Source: Octopus vulgaris (lineage: Eukaryota). Taken from it: a stretch of DNA of 64,000 nt. Below the pieces are notes generated by a model that did not search any database, was not told where the DNA came from, and saw only the letters and a list, made by a program, of their open reading frames with translations. The DNA is taken from NCBI GenBank assembly GCA_951406725.2, contig OX597832.1, positions 66,402,001 to 66,466,000 on the forward strand. The letters are read 5' to 3'. Position numbers and translations under genes: made by a program. Of the stretch, positions 1-14,334 are shown piece by piece (position 1 is the first letter of the stretch; the number at the start of each line of letters is the position of its first letter).

Positions 1-382
1 ACCTTTAACGTCGAGTGCATTAATCCAGTCATCAACAATCGGGTCTTCCCAATCACACTGATTCCCAGCCTCTTGATATTGCTGCAGCAACATAACAACC
101 ACTGCTTCGACCATGCACAAACCACGCATATCAAATGGGAGGATCCCACCTCTGGGAAGCGATCATAGCAACGGTCACGTCTTAGTTTTCTAAATTGTTT
201 AGATGAACGTTGGTGAAAATTGCGAGAATATTGTTGATGATGGCTCCCACTAGAGAAGGAACTAGAGAAAGGTTTGTAATTGGGAACACAGACTGATAAA
301 TTATGATGTAAAAAAAAATGAGAAAAAACGGCAAAAAGACAAGACAATAGTCTGAACTAATTTTTGATATATGGTCATTTAA

Positions 383-574
383 ATATTCTGTTGTGTCTGG
401 GGAGAGTCATTCTCTTTTTGTGCCTTATAATTTAACACACACACACCGGTAAAATTTTCACTTATTTCTTTATATTTTTCTAAAATTTTCGTTGCGTCCT
501 GCAACTTTTTCAATAGTTTTGACTCCCTAAAAGGCACCAAACGAGAATGACTCTCCCCAAACACAACAGAATAT
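383..574. repeat. 44-bp inverted repeat (383-426 / 531-574) around a ~105 bp spacer; probable fragment of a transposable element
   Basis: ATATTCTGTTGTGTCTGGGGAGAGTCATTCTCTTTTTGTGCCTT matches the reverse complement of 531-574 with ~3 mismatches. Confidence 0.8.
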
Positions 575-2113
575 GCTGCAACACACGAACTCACATAAAG
601 AATCTTGCAAACCAAATCCAAAAGCGAAATCATTTAAATAGTTTTAAGTATTTACTGACAGTATCTATAAAAATAGAAATATGAACATCAACTGAACTTA
701 ATGCATATACTAATCTCAGTAATATGAGAAGCGTCCACTATAGATCAGGAAGGTATTAATATGGTATTAATACTTCATTTACATTTATATTCCATTGACC
801 TTGTACGTGTGTTGATCACTTCATCTGAAATGTTTTTAAAGAATCATGGAAGTTGCTCATTTGCTTGGATTTAATTTGCTGAATACTTATCTCAAACATT
901 TCCAATTTGTTTTCTATCGGATGTCAGACTTTTCATTTCAGATGATTTCAGACGTTATCTTCTGATTTAAATTTCAGTATCATCACGACTGATTAGTTGT
1001 TTGTGGCTTCATATTCTCTCTAAAATATCTACACAAAAATACTGGCAGTGCATACATTCATATACGAGACGGAACCTTATTTCGTCGGTGTATGAACAAA
1101 ATATGAAATCGTCATCGATATACTTACATTCTAGAGAAATTTTTTTATGCACGGAATCGCACATACATTGAAATACTAAGAGAATGGAACGAATAACATG
1201 TCAGCTAAATCGGCCCCAAAATCTACATCGACATCAATTTGATAGCATCTTGGACAAATGATTGTGGACCTTCAGGGATCCTTTCTTTTTTCTTTTGCAG
1301 AGAAATACGCTTTTCTCTTTGTAAAACACATCCCACAATCCCATCTTCTTAAATCAAATAAACAACACACATTTACATGTGGGACAAACTTTCATATTCC
1401 AGTATCTATCGGTTATAAATAAAGGGTGTACGTATCGGCAGCTGCTTTGTATGTAGATGGTAAGAATAAGCTCCAGTATCAGCGAAAATGTACACATTAT
1501 AGTAAGCAGCAATGATTGAAATACCAACATTAGCAGAATTGATTCGAAAGTTTAATTCCATTTTGTTCTATGAAACGATGCTCTATTTGAAAGTGTCTCT
1601 GATCACACAGTTTTTAGTTAACCCATCACTAGTGATTTTAGAGCAATATAATGAAATAGTTATTAATGGTTTATCTCACTTAGACTGAGAAAAAAAAATC
1701 AAATATCAATATTATTATACTTTTGACTTCAATATTGGTAAATTAAACAACATGTTTTTGTGATTTTATTAATATTGTTTATAATTCTATTATGGTAATT
1801 AAAATTTTCGTATTTATACTTAGAGCATTTAAAAGAGTAACGCACTCTCTTTTTCATCACACATAGTTTGAATCGTGAGTTATTAAATAAACAGAAATAA
1901 TTAAAATTTAATCATTATTATGTACTTGTCATTAAAATAAGTGATTGTATAATGTGAGTGCCCGAGTTAGGTGCATATATATATTTGTCTGTATGTGTAT
2001 GTATGTACTCACCCACACCCATATATATATATATACATATAGCCGTATCAACCTATATATTTAGCTATTTGTCTCTCTTTCTCACTTTCTCCACCTCTAT
2101 CTTCTCCCTATCC

Positions 2114-2194
<81 letters not shown>

Positions 2195-3064
2195 TGTAAT
2201 ATATCTGTAATATAGGTATATGTGTACAGATACGCACTCACGTACACACAGGCACTTTCACTCAAACGCAGATATTCATACATATGTGCATAACCTATAT
2301 ATAAACATATTTACATAGTATTTGTTTTTCATTATTAATCAATACTCGCAATCAAATTTAATAGACGTTGTGGAAATTGTATAGGAAAAAACTATTTCAA
2401 TTCATTGTTAGGATTTATTAAATTTCGTACAATTAGGAATTGATATGAATGAATTCGGATTGATATTTGTAAAGGATTGTATTGAACGTACATGGGAATT
2501 ACGACGTACTAAAGACTTAAGCATTCGGCTGTGATACGTTCATAGATTTTTAGTTTCTTCTATTGCTAATCAAATTAACATTTTAATTCTATACACATTG
2601 TAATAGCGTTCAATTTTTCTGAACGGTTACAAATTAATAATCGGAAAATTAAAAACAAACATTACATATACACATACACATGTACGAATGCGTCGGTATA
2701 TATATCTGTGTGTGTGTGTGTGTATATGTCTGTATGTATGTATATATATATATGCGTACAATTAAGCCTCTCTATATATATATATATATCTATCTATCGC
2801 ACCTCTCTGTCTCTCTCTCTCTTTATATATATATATATATATACACTCACAAATACCTACGCATAAATACACATTCATACATACATATTTATGTATGTAT
2901 GTACGTATGTATGTGTGTATGTATGTGTATACTTATATATAATGAGACTAGGTAGAGGCAAAGATAACTAGATCAGTGAACAGACACGTAGATATTCACT
3001 ATCGAATATAACTATGTATTTACAAACACGTTCGCGGTTGAGCCTGCACAAACACACACACACA

Positions 3065-4610
3065 CACATACACACACATACACACACACTCACACACAGA
3101 GAGTCACACTCACACATATACACACAAACATATTTATACATTCATATATATACGTATATATATATGTATATTCATATTTACACGTGGGCATGTGTCTGCA
3201 TATATATATATAAACATAGATATGTGTGTGTGGTGTGAATGTGTATCCACTTATCTATGTTTTATCTTTTGTATGTCATGTAACGTATGTCGGCTAAGAG
3301 AAGCACTAAGTGCGTTTTAATCAGAGATTAATATACATTAGTCACCTTGCTTTTCGTGACAGCATTAGTTATATTGTAATATAATGTTTATAATATATAC
3401 TTATAGACTTTCTCATATCATCTATCAATAGAGACGTCTTTTAATTTGCCGAAAATTTCAGCATCAAAAGCCATCCATAGAATTGCGTAAAATTGGAATG
3501 GCGCACATATATAACTCATCAGATGACGTTGATAAACGTATCTTGTTATTAATATAACTCATTTTTAATCACAGTATAGCAGTTTTGCAGAAATAATTGA
3601 TAAGTACTTTTGGAAATTGGTCTATTTGTCGGAATCGAATGCAATCAACTATCTTTGTATATTTCTCTAGTAATTGTTTATATATGAATTCGTTGTACAC
3701 CTCTTACGTCTAGTTATCAAAAGAACATTGGAAGAATTATGGTTACATGCACACACAGACACGCATTTTTATACACATACAAACGCATTTTCTCTGTTTG
3801 TCCGGCTGTCTGTCTGTTTCTCTTTCTCACACACACACAAAGATATATATACACACACATACACACACACTCACACACAGAGAGTCACACTCACACATAT
3901 ACACACAAACATATTTATACATTCATATATATATATACGTATATATATATGTATATTCATATTTACACGTGGGCATGTGTTAGAATACATATACTGCTAG
4001 AAATGGCTGCTGGAGTGTTCTGTTGATGTTGTCGACGCATATTTTATTTCTCTGGTTAAACTCTTTTAAGAGAAGCACTAAGTGCGTTTTAATCAGAGAT
4101 TAATATACATTAGTCACCTTGCTTTTCGTGACAGCATTAGTTATATTGTAATATAATGTTTATAATATATACTTATAGACTTTCTCATATCATCTATCAA
4201 TAGAGACGTCTTTTAATTTGCCGAAAATTTCAGCATCAAAAGCCATCCATAGAATTGCGTAAAATTGGAATGGCGCACATATATAACTCATCAGATGACG
4301 TTGATAAACGTATCTTGTTATTAATGTAACTCATTTTTAATCACAGTATAGCAGTTTTGCAGAAATAATTGATAAGTACTTTTGGAAATTGGTCTATTTG
4401 TCGGAATCGAATGCAATCAACTATCTTTGTATATTTCTCTAGTAATTGTTTATATATGAATTCGTTGTACACCTCTTACGTCTAGTTATCAAAAGAACAT
4501 TGGAAGAATTATGGTTACATGCACACACAGACACGCATTTTTATACACATACAAACGCATTTTCTCTGTCTGTTTCTCTTTCTCACGCACACACAAAGAT
4601 ATATATATAT
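3065..4610. repeat. Local ~770 bp direct duplication, pattern A-x-B-A'-y-B'
   Basis: 3295-~3850 recurs almost identically at 4067-~4610 (offset 772). The CA/TA block 3065-3195 recurs at ~3852-3980. The spacers 3196-3294 and 3981-4066 are unrelated. Confidence 0.9.
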
Positions 4611-4671
4611 ATAGACACACACACACATAAACATACAGGCACATCTATATGTATATACGTAAAAAGCTAAT

Positions 4672-4673
4672 GG

Positions 4674-4721
<48 letters not shown>

Positions 4722-4722
4722 A

Positions 4723-4806
<84 letters not shown>
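4672..4806. repeat. Compound (CTA)n-(TAA)n microsatellite
   Basis: Directly visible trinucleotide array. Confidence 0.95.
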
Positions 4807-4807
<1 letters not shown>

Positions 4808-5379
4808 TATTTTAAAAAGGATTGACGAAACTCTTCACAAAGGTAAACAGCCAAGAGGAATAGCGCGATTTGATCGTAATAAATATTTTATTAGTTGAAC
4901 GATATTTCAACAGTACGTCTGTCTTTGTCAAGTTGAAAATAAGAAGTGGTAAAAATTCAAAATTACAGAAATGTAAACGTAAAGTATGAACGAGAGCAAC
5001 CAGCCTCCACAAGTTGATGGAATGACATCATCAGTTTTTAAGTTACAATTTTATAACAGGCGAAAAGAAAAAGACAGGAAAAAAAGAAAAGAAAAAAGAG
5101 AAAAAAGATGAATATTTAATCAAACAGTTTTGTATAAATTTGATGATATTCTCCTGTATTCTTATTCATTCTTCTAAGGCGTGATGTTAATAACATATTT
5201 CTCCTTATACATTCTGAGAAGTGAAAGTGGAGCAGATTCAGAATATTTTCTGAGAATATGCACTTTCAAGTTTTCTTCAAAATTGCAGCCACTTGAAATG
5301 AAATGGAATAATGATAAAGTTAAGGGACGAAAAGGGGAAGGCAAATTGCTCTCGGACATGGGCTTCCAGAGAGACAAGG

Positions 5380-5795
5380 TGTTAGTGCGCTCATAGGAGG
5401 GACAGACAAGAGTGTCTAATAATCGTCATGACAGTGCCAGGAGATCTAAATATCAGGAACGAAAGATTGATAAGTATGGAGACCTGAGAATTGAGATTGC
5501 CAAGATGTGGCTGTTACGAGGCCCAAACGGAAAGGTTGTTCCTATTGTGATCGGAGCTTTGGGTTCAATACTACCCAATCGGAAAAACTCATCGGAAATG
5601 TTTAGAAATACCCTACAATCTAGCTGTATTGCAAAAGTTGGCATTACTTGGATCTGTGCGCACATTGCATAAAGTACTGTCGGTCTGAGGTCCTTGTTGT
5701 GAAACCCACGGTAGACACAACATCTTCAATCAACAACCTCACGATATGGAATACTGTACCACGTCGTAAATAAGAACAACAACAACAATAATAAT
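5380..5795 (+). mobile_element. Degenerate 3' fragment of an R4/Dong-like non-LTR retrotransposon
   Basis: ORF 5412-5672 contains KIDKYGDLRIEIAKMW...VVPIVIGALG, the C-terminal RLE motif also seen in the other copies. It ends in a CAA/TAA tail. Confidence 0.75.
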
Positions 5796-5804
5796 ATATG
5801 TATA

Positions 5805-5993
5805 TAGTAATCCCTCGCCATATCGCTGTTCACCTATTGCGCACTCAGCATACCATATATGTAAACTAATATCGCGGATTCTCAGTACAACGCGGTCTTC
5901 TACGGCCGATAGGCATTTATATCTTTTTTAGCTTTTAATTATTTCTGTGGGAGGTTTTGGAACGTAACCCCCGCAATAGTCGAGGGATTACTG
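5805..5993. mobile_element. Tigger/pogo-like MITE (~190 bp)
   Basis: TIRs (c/t)AGTAATCCCTCG...CGAGGGATTACTG, TA at the left flank, no coding capacity. Confidence 0.7.
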
Positions 5994-6437
5994 TTTATAG
6001 TAAGTAGACCAATAAATATACGCACAAAATACATGAATTCATGAAAATTAATGTGGTTTGGCTTTATATGTAATCACCCACGCACATAGAAATTTACACA
6101 CACACACATATATAAGTATAGTGATATATAAGTGCATGTAAAAACATGCGTGTGAATACGTCTGATCTTGCATCGATTATCAAAATACCTACAGCCACAT
6201 CTGCTTTCATTCGTAAGTGAAACGGTAACATCACACATCGCATAATTTAACTTCAGGCGATCGTATTGTATATCAAATATGAAGAAAGCTTTATGATTAT
6301 TTATAAGTACTGAAAATAAGTTCACGTATGAACAATTTATGAAGAAGAGATATAATCTCTACGTATATATATATGAAAATCCTTACAATACCTATATACA
6401 TATATACATACACACATGCATACATATATGTATTAAC

Positions 6438-6493
<56 letters not shown>

Positions 6494-6569
6494 CAATACT
6501 CTCAAGGAATTTCTATGCAAATATTCATAGGTAATAAAAGAATAAATTGTTGACTAATTACTGAGTTGT

Positions 6570-6938
6570 AACACGTGGCACTCCGTCGGTTACGACGACG
6601 TGGGTTCCATTTCATCCGATCAATGGAACAGCCTACTTGTGAAGATGACGTACTAAAGGCGGTCCACAGACACTTGTACCGTTACTGTAATTCTCAGGAA
6701 GATTCAACGTGATATACAGTGTGACAAGGCTGACCCTTTGAAATACAGGTACAAGAGAAACAGGAAGAAAGAGTGAGAAAAAATTGTGACGAAAGAGTAC
6801 ACCAGATTTTGCCACCACCACCTGCCTGAGCCGTGCGGAGATTTCGGTGCTTTCGCTCAGTAAACACTCACAACGCCTGGTCTGCGAATCGAAACCGCAA
6901 TCCTACGACCGCGAGTCCGCTGCTCTAACTACTGGCCA
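6570..6938 (-). mobile_element. tRNA-derived SINE, family 3
   Basis: Minus-strand head TGGCCAGTAGTTAG (A box) ... GGTTTCGATTC (B box). The tail motif CGTCGTAACCGACGGAGTG is shared with 46756-47021. Confidence 0.75.
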
Positions 6939-7043
6939 ATTGTAAATATATATAATTGATAAAAGAATGATTTGTTGGCTAATTATTGTGCAGTAATACC
7001 CAACCGTGTACCATTATGTTCGTAGACTTCCATATCTATTCTC

Positions 7044-7385
7044 AGGCGGCGAGCAGGCAGAAACGTTAGCACGCCGGGCGAAATGCGTAGCCGTATTTCG
7101 TCTGCCGTTACGTTCTGAGTTCAAATTACGCCGAGATCGACTTTGCCTTTCATCTTTTCAGGGTCGATAAATTAAGTACCAGTTACGCACTGTGGTCGAT
7201 ATAATCGACTTAATCCGTGTGTCTGTCCTTGTTTCTCCCCTCTGTGTTTAGCCCCTTGTGGATAATAAAGAAATATGTATTTCGCCTCTCTTTATGTTCT
7301 AATTTCAAATTCCGCTGAGGTCGACTTTGCCTTTCGGGGTCGATAAATTAAGAAGTTCCGTACCGGGATCGATTTAATAGGTAGC
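7044..7385 (+). mobile_element. tRNA-derived SINE, family 2 (full copy 7044-7275 plus partial tandem copy)
   Basis: Head AGGCGGCGAGC(A/T)GGCAGAA, B-box-like GAGTTCAAAT, central TCGACTTTGCCTTTCATC...GGGTCGATAAA..AAGTACCAG. Near-identical to 17397-17633. Confidence 0.85.
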
Positions 7386-7568
7386 CACTACACAAATTTT
7401 TCTCTCCTTGTTTCTTTCTGTGTTGCTTTCTGTGGGAGAGCATAGAGTCTAAACGTTAAAGACTTTTTCACTTCCCGATCGTTATACTAATACATCTGTT
7501 TGTTTTCTACACAACCTATCTTCGTCTTTTTTTTTTTTTTCGTGAATTCTCTTTATATATATGTGTAT

Positions 7569-7827
7569 GGCACAGGAGTGAAGAAGCCTGTCAAGAAGTC
7601 AGTCGTATATGTGTGTATATATGTGTGCATATATTTATGTGTGCGTATGTTTTTCCCCACCATCACTTGGCAGCCGATGTTGGTGTGTTTACGTTCCCGT
7701 AGCACAGCGGTTCGACCAAAGCGCCCAAAAGAATAAGTATTATGCTCACAAAGGTAAGTCCTGGGGCCGATTTGTTCGATCGACTAACGGAGGTGTCCCA
7801 GCATGGCTGGAACAAATAAAAGAATAG
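7569..7827 (+). mobile_element. Internally deleted SINE, family 1
   Basis: Head GGCACAGGAGTG is joined to AAGAAGCCTGTC; the 3' half matches 11480-11720. Confidence 0.75.
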
Positions 7828-8927
7828 AATATATATATATATATATATATACTTATTTATTTATCAATATTTGCAATAAAAGCAATTTTACATCAATCTG
7901 AAGTGTTAATCGATATTTTATAGAGTACAAAAATAATATTCTCAAACACAAATTAATAACTTCAAAGTTTTAGCCAGGTAAGCCATCGTCCGACTTATAT
8001 TCAACTCTGTGTGTACGTATGTGCCTGATTGCGTGCGTGCGCGCGCGTTTGTTGCATGTGCAAATATCAGCGGAACATTGCTGTCATATCGATAGACACC
8101 CCATATCACTGGTTTAATGATATATATTGCTTCTTAACTCCTGGTTTAATGATATCTATTGCTTCTTAACTAAGAATCTCACACGAACTCGATTGTCTCA
8201 TCGTTTCCCCCTATCGGCATAGTATTTCTTTAAAGGTGACTTTATCTTATAAGCACCGACTTAAAATTATCACATAAGATGAGAAAGCAATTTCAATGAA
8301 GTTGCAATAGAGGTGTGGAATCATCTTGCCATTGTGAAAGACGAGAGTGTGTCATTTTCGAAGATTCTAGCACAGGATAAACGACAGATTAAATACGCAA
8401 AACAATTTAGCTTCATAATCAGTAATTTCTTCGAGTAACATGTCAACCATTTGTCTAGTATATGCAATATTACCGAAGTTATAACTGCATGTCGCAGTGA
8501 TAGACACATGTGTAATGATACATGAAACAAATGCGACAGACTAGGGTTGAGTAATATGAAATAAATTTGCTGCGATTTAGATTTCATGGTTCAGCAAGTT
8601 TCATATAAATCCTGTCGTTATCCTACATTAAATACAGATAAGACTATACTAGAAATACGAATGGTTGACAGACGAAGATGAAACAGATATCATGTTACCG
8701 GCATGTTACATTCGTTTGGAAGCAGATTTTGCGAGCTGTTCCGGACTGGAAAATATGAAAAGATAATTGAGATATTTGGATACCATATAAGTATGAAGAA
8801 TATAGAGTTTGATAGATCGATTCGTCATCTGCCTATATATACATATATACGTGTAGGTTTCTGTATATATTATAATTGCTGGTACTGTCAAGTATTTGTA
8901 AGTACATTGTAAATGCGTATGTGTGTG

Positions 8928-9713
<786 letters not shown>

Positions 9714-9934
9714 ATACATAGATACATACATACATACATATATGTGTGAGTATGTTTACTTGTGCGTTTGCGCGCGCACTTTACTTTTCGTACAAGTGTG
9801 GCTGTGTAATATTTGTATGTATTAATATGAATGTGTATTTGTATATATACATCTATACAGGAAAGTTCTTAACGAATGATAGATTTTTGTTTCTTTTTAG
9901 CGTGTGATATTTTGACAAAAACAAATATATCATA

Positions 9935-10379
9935 AATTGCATTTGATTGTATAAAATTGATACATGAATATTATATTTAGTTTTCTTTAATCAACATATT
10001 TTCGAACTTGTTTATGTTGTGTAAATTTTAAATATTTAAAAGTAATTGTTTTATAACCTAACAAAAAAGAAATGTTTTAAAAGATTGGGGGTTTTATTTT
10101 AAACTAATGTACTTGTTAAACACACATTCACACGTACATTTGTATGCTCATATATACAGTTACAAATGTTTGTGCACATACACACACACACACACACACA
10201 ATCATTTATCCATGGTTCAGTCAATAGACTGCGGCCATGCTGGAGCACGACCTTAAAGAATTTTAGTCAAACGATTCAACCTCTGTTATTATACATTTTT
10301 ATGCGTGTTAATTACTGTATCGGTTCTTCAACGGAAACGCTGAGTTACGAGGACATCCATACATCCATCCATACACACA

Positions 10380-10414
<35 letters not shown>

Positions 10415-10656
10415 CCGCACACAAACGCTTGTAAATGTATATATGAGCATACGAATGTACATACGTATGTGTGCTTAACAAGTACTCTACATTCAAATAA
10501 AACGTCCAATATTTAAAAATACCTCATTTTTGTTAGGTGGTAGTGTATTTACTTTTAAATATTTAAAATTAACACAACATGAACAAGTTTGAAAATATAT
10601 AGCTTACATTAATTCAATATAAATTTCATGTACCAAATTAATGCAATTAAATGCAT
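9935..10656. repeat. Old foldback/MITE-like element with ~240 bp diverged inverted arms (~9935-10175 / ~10420-10656) enclosing a SINE fragment
   Basis: AACTTGTTTATGTTGTGTAAATTTTAAATATTTAAAAGTAA matches the reverse complement of TTACTTTTAAATATTTAAAATTAACACAACATGAACAAGTT; the match continues on both sides. Confidence 0.75.
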
Positions 10657-11151
10657 TGAAAAGCAATTACTTATAATTAATACTCGATTAAACATATGTG
10701 AAATTTATAAATTTCTTTTCGTCAAGAACTTCTGTGTATTGTGTATCAACAAATATACATTCATATTGATATGTACTAATATAAGACACTGATACTTGTA
10801 AGAAAATGATAGCCCGCTCACAGACACACACACACACACACAGGTACACAGGCATGCACACTTACACATACACACGCGCGCACTCACACGCCAAAACGCA
10901 CACATACATTTACTATGTGTTTATAAAATTTGAACGCAATTACCTGCAATATTTTTCAGAAACTCCTCTCAAAGGGAATCCCCTTCTGAATGCAGAGGAC
11001 ATCCTGAACGAAGTCCTCTGGTTTTACAAAACATGCCAGCATCGTATCTCGTGCCGTTCTACATTTGTATACTCATGAATGTTATACAATACAGTAATTT
11101 AATCTAAGTCGTTTTCAAGTAAGAATATATATACTTAAGTGAATAAAATTC

Positions 11152-11223
<72 letters not shown>

Positions 11224-11287
11224 CTATCTATCTATCTGTCTGTCTATATATCTATCGATGTATCTACATACATATGTATGTATGTAT

Positions 11288-11332
<45 letters not shown>

Positions 11333-11334
<2 letters not shown>

Positions 11335-11738
11335 CGCAGGTGTGGCTGTGTGGTAAGTAGCTTGCTAACCAACCACATGGTTCCGGGTTTAGTCCCACTG
11401 CGTGGCATCTTGCGCAAGTGTCTTCTGCTATAGCCCCGGGCCGACCAATGCCTTGTGAGTGGATTTGGTAGACGGAAACTGAAAGAAGCCTGTCGTATAT
11501 ATGTATGTATATATATAAGTGTGTGTGTCTGTGTTTGTCCCCCTAGCATTGCTTGACAACCGATGCTGGTGTGTTTACGTCCCCGTCTCTTAGCGGTTCG
11601 GCAAAAGAGACCGATAGAATAAGTACTGAGCTTACAAAGAATAAGTCCTGGGGTCGATTTGCTCGACTAAAGGCGGTGCTCCAGCATGGGCGCAGTCAAA
11701 TGACTGAAACAAGTAAAAGAGTAAAAGAGTAAAAGAGT
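11333..11738 (+). mobile_element. Full-length tRNA-derived SINE, family 1 (octopus OR-type appearance; family name uncertain)
   Basis: A box TGGCTGTGTGG, B box GGTTTAGTCCC, internal TA/TG microsatellite, 3' (AAAAGAGT)3 tail. At least four near-identical copies in the window. Confidence 0.9.
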
Positions 11739-12052
11739 ATATATATTCATGTGTGTTTGTGTGTGTGTGTGTATGTGTGTTTGTGTGTTTGTAAACGGTG
11801 TGTGTTTGTATGTATATTTTTCCATGGAGGTTTATTTTATGTTTACCGGTATAAAACTGATATTGTTCAACAAACTTAACTAACTCTGTCAGTGAATTCC
11901 ATAAAAAGTGACCGCCAAAATAATGCTCCAGACAGAATTAAACACTGGGATAGCTATGACCGCTATTTTTAATATTTTAGACATTGTGGTCTTTGTTCCA
12001 CTAAGGTTAGAGTTCTCTTCCCGTAAAAGGAAGAAAAGTAATAAAACTGTTG

Positions 12053-12084
<32 letters not shown>

Positions 12085-12481
12085 GTTGTTGTTGTTGTTG
12101 TTGTTGTTATATCACATATTGTTTTTAATGGTAGTTTTCGCAATTTTAAGTAAGGGGATTGTCTTGGAAAGATATCTTTTTATACATCAGTTGTCAATAT
12201 TTCTGGTCTAATGCACCCTAGATAACACACCACAAGTATAATATTTCAAAATGGAAGAACTTAGAGCTCCGTAATCGGGAAATATGTATTGTTTGTTCTG
12301 CTGTGAAAAGTAATTTCACATATACTAACAGTGATTCAACTTCTCTCTCTTTCTTTGATAGTCAATTTAGCGCTGTCTGTCAAAAGATAATATGATTTTA
12401 TAACATACACATGCACACTCACAACCACTCATGTAAGTGGACACGCTTCTCACTCTTAGTTTCTCTTTGCACACACACACT

Positions 12482-12621
<140 letters not shown>

Positions 12622-14283
12622 CATGTATATTTATGTATTTATATATATGGAAATAAATAATATATATATGTATATATATATATACACACACACACATATA
12701 TATATATATATAAATACGCATGTACATATATCTATGAGTATACGTCTAAGAATATATACATACATCCTTGTATACTCATATGTGTGTGTTTTTAAGTATT
12801 TTAAAATCTTCCATAACTATTATGTACATACGATAAAGTTATTTACGTAAGATAGGTGCAGTACGTAGCATTAATATATTACGTAAGCCATGCTTATGGT
12901 GCTTATGAATAAACCTTGTGGGTTTGGTATAATATTAGTCAGGACCTTCTTTAAAAAAAATCTATTCTTAGCAAGGCCAGTTTTATTAATAGAATTGTTC
13001 GCTTCCTGCCTCTCCCCATTCAAGTCTACTTTCTTACTTTTCAAACTATAATATTTTGAGGCATATCACTGACCAAACTATTGCTTTTCTGAAAGATAAA
13101 CACGGCTATGGAGTGTAATGTCATTGATGATAAAAGACGATGCACACTACAATGAGATAACCTAAAGGAAACTCACTGATACATATTTAGATGTATTTTA
13201 TATCGTTCAGTTGTCCGTGAATCAGAGAAGCAAACTCTAAAATAAATTTTGAACAGCTTCACGAGTAGTATAATTCTTGGTTATGTTATAAACCAGTCGG
13301 AAAATTACCGTTCGTTCCCCGTCTATCTTTAGCTGTATACATTACTAATTTGCCATGCTGACCGGAGACACTAAGCGTCTTTAATACTAAAGGTAATTGT
13401 GCAGCCTTACTCAAGGTAGAAGTAGCGCAAGGTTCACCTAATTTAACGAACTATATCGAAATGTTTACGAGAAAAAGCCTATACTTCTGCTAAGGAGTTT
13501 AACAATGAAAGGAAGGTAATGATGTACGGCTGATAAACCATTTGTTCGACAAAGGTTCCTCCTAGATTAAAGGAACTAATGAAAAATTGTCTATATGGTG
13601 ATGGGAGCATTCTAAAGCGCAGACATCTACGACGTCCTAGCATTCGCTATACTTACGAGAATTTTTCGTCAAAGTTAATCACAGATAAAACCACCCATAA
13701 AACGCAATTAAAAGAATTGACATCATACAAAAGTAACCGTAAGCCTTTTGAACAAGCCGCGTCATACTTCAAAGTTTGTAGACGGTGCAAAATTTACTTA
13801 GTCAAGAGGACAATAATTTAAAGCAATTGTACGCGTTGGGTAACTGCTTGAACTCAGAAAATTGATATATTTAACCGCTGGCCACACGACAGAACATTCG
13901 TTTTCGAAACATTGTGCTTCACAATTTATGAACTAGTAAACTCAAGAAAGCCTACGCAATAACAACTCAAACCTTCGTCCATTCCTTGGAGGGTCTAAGG
14001 AGAGGCAACTCATTTTTCCCTTTGAGGAAAGGGTCTATTTTCGATTCATTTTGTTTCTAAAACCAAGCCAACCAATATTTTTCTTTTTCTCCAGTATTAA
14101 ATATTCTATGTGGTTCCGGCACATATCAGATAAGACATCTCACTATTGCCAAGTTCAATAGTGACATGGAACAAATGGAAATTTCTTGACCGATTATAAG
14201 TCACAACCAGGATTATACCACTCGATTATACAGAAGCATTTGTATGTAATATATATATACATTCATATATGTACATATATATA

Positions 14284-14334
<51 letters not shown>

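Noticed and set aside
1-180. GC-richer stretch with open frames at the window edge
   Set aside because: Several frames are open, there is no recognisable motif, and it is truncated by the window.
11333-11410. tRNA genes
   Set aside because: The A/B boxes belong to SINE heads; there is no acceptor stem or cloverleaf.
12890-14245. Possible decayed DNA transposon (RRCK..LCF resembling a piggyBac C-terminus)
   Set aside because: No TIRs, TTAA TSD or catalytic motifs could be verified.
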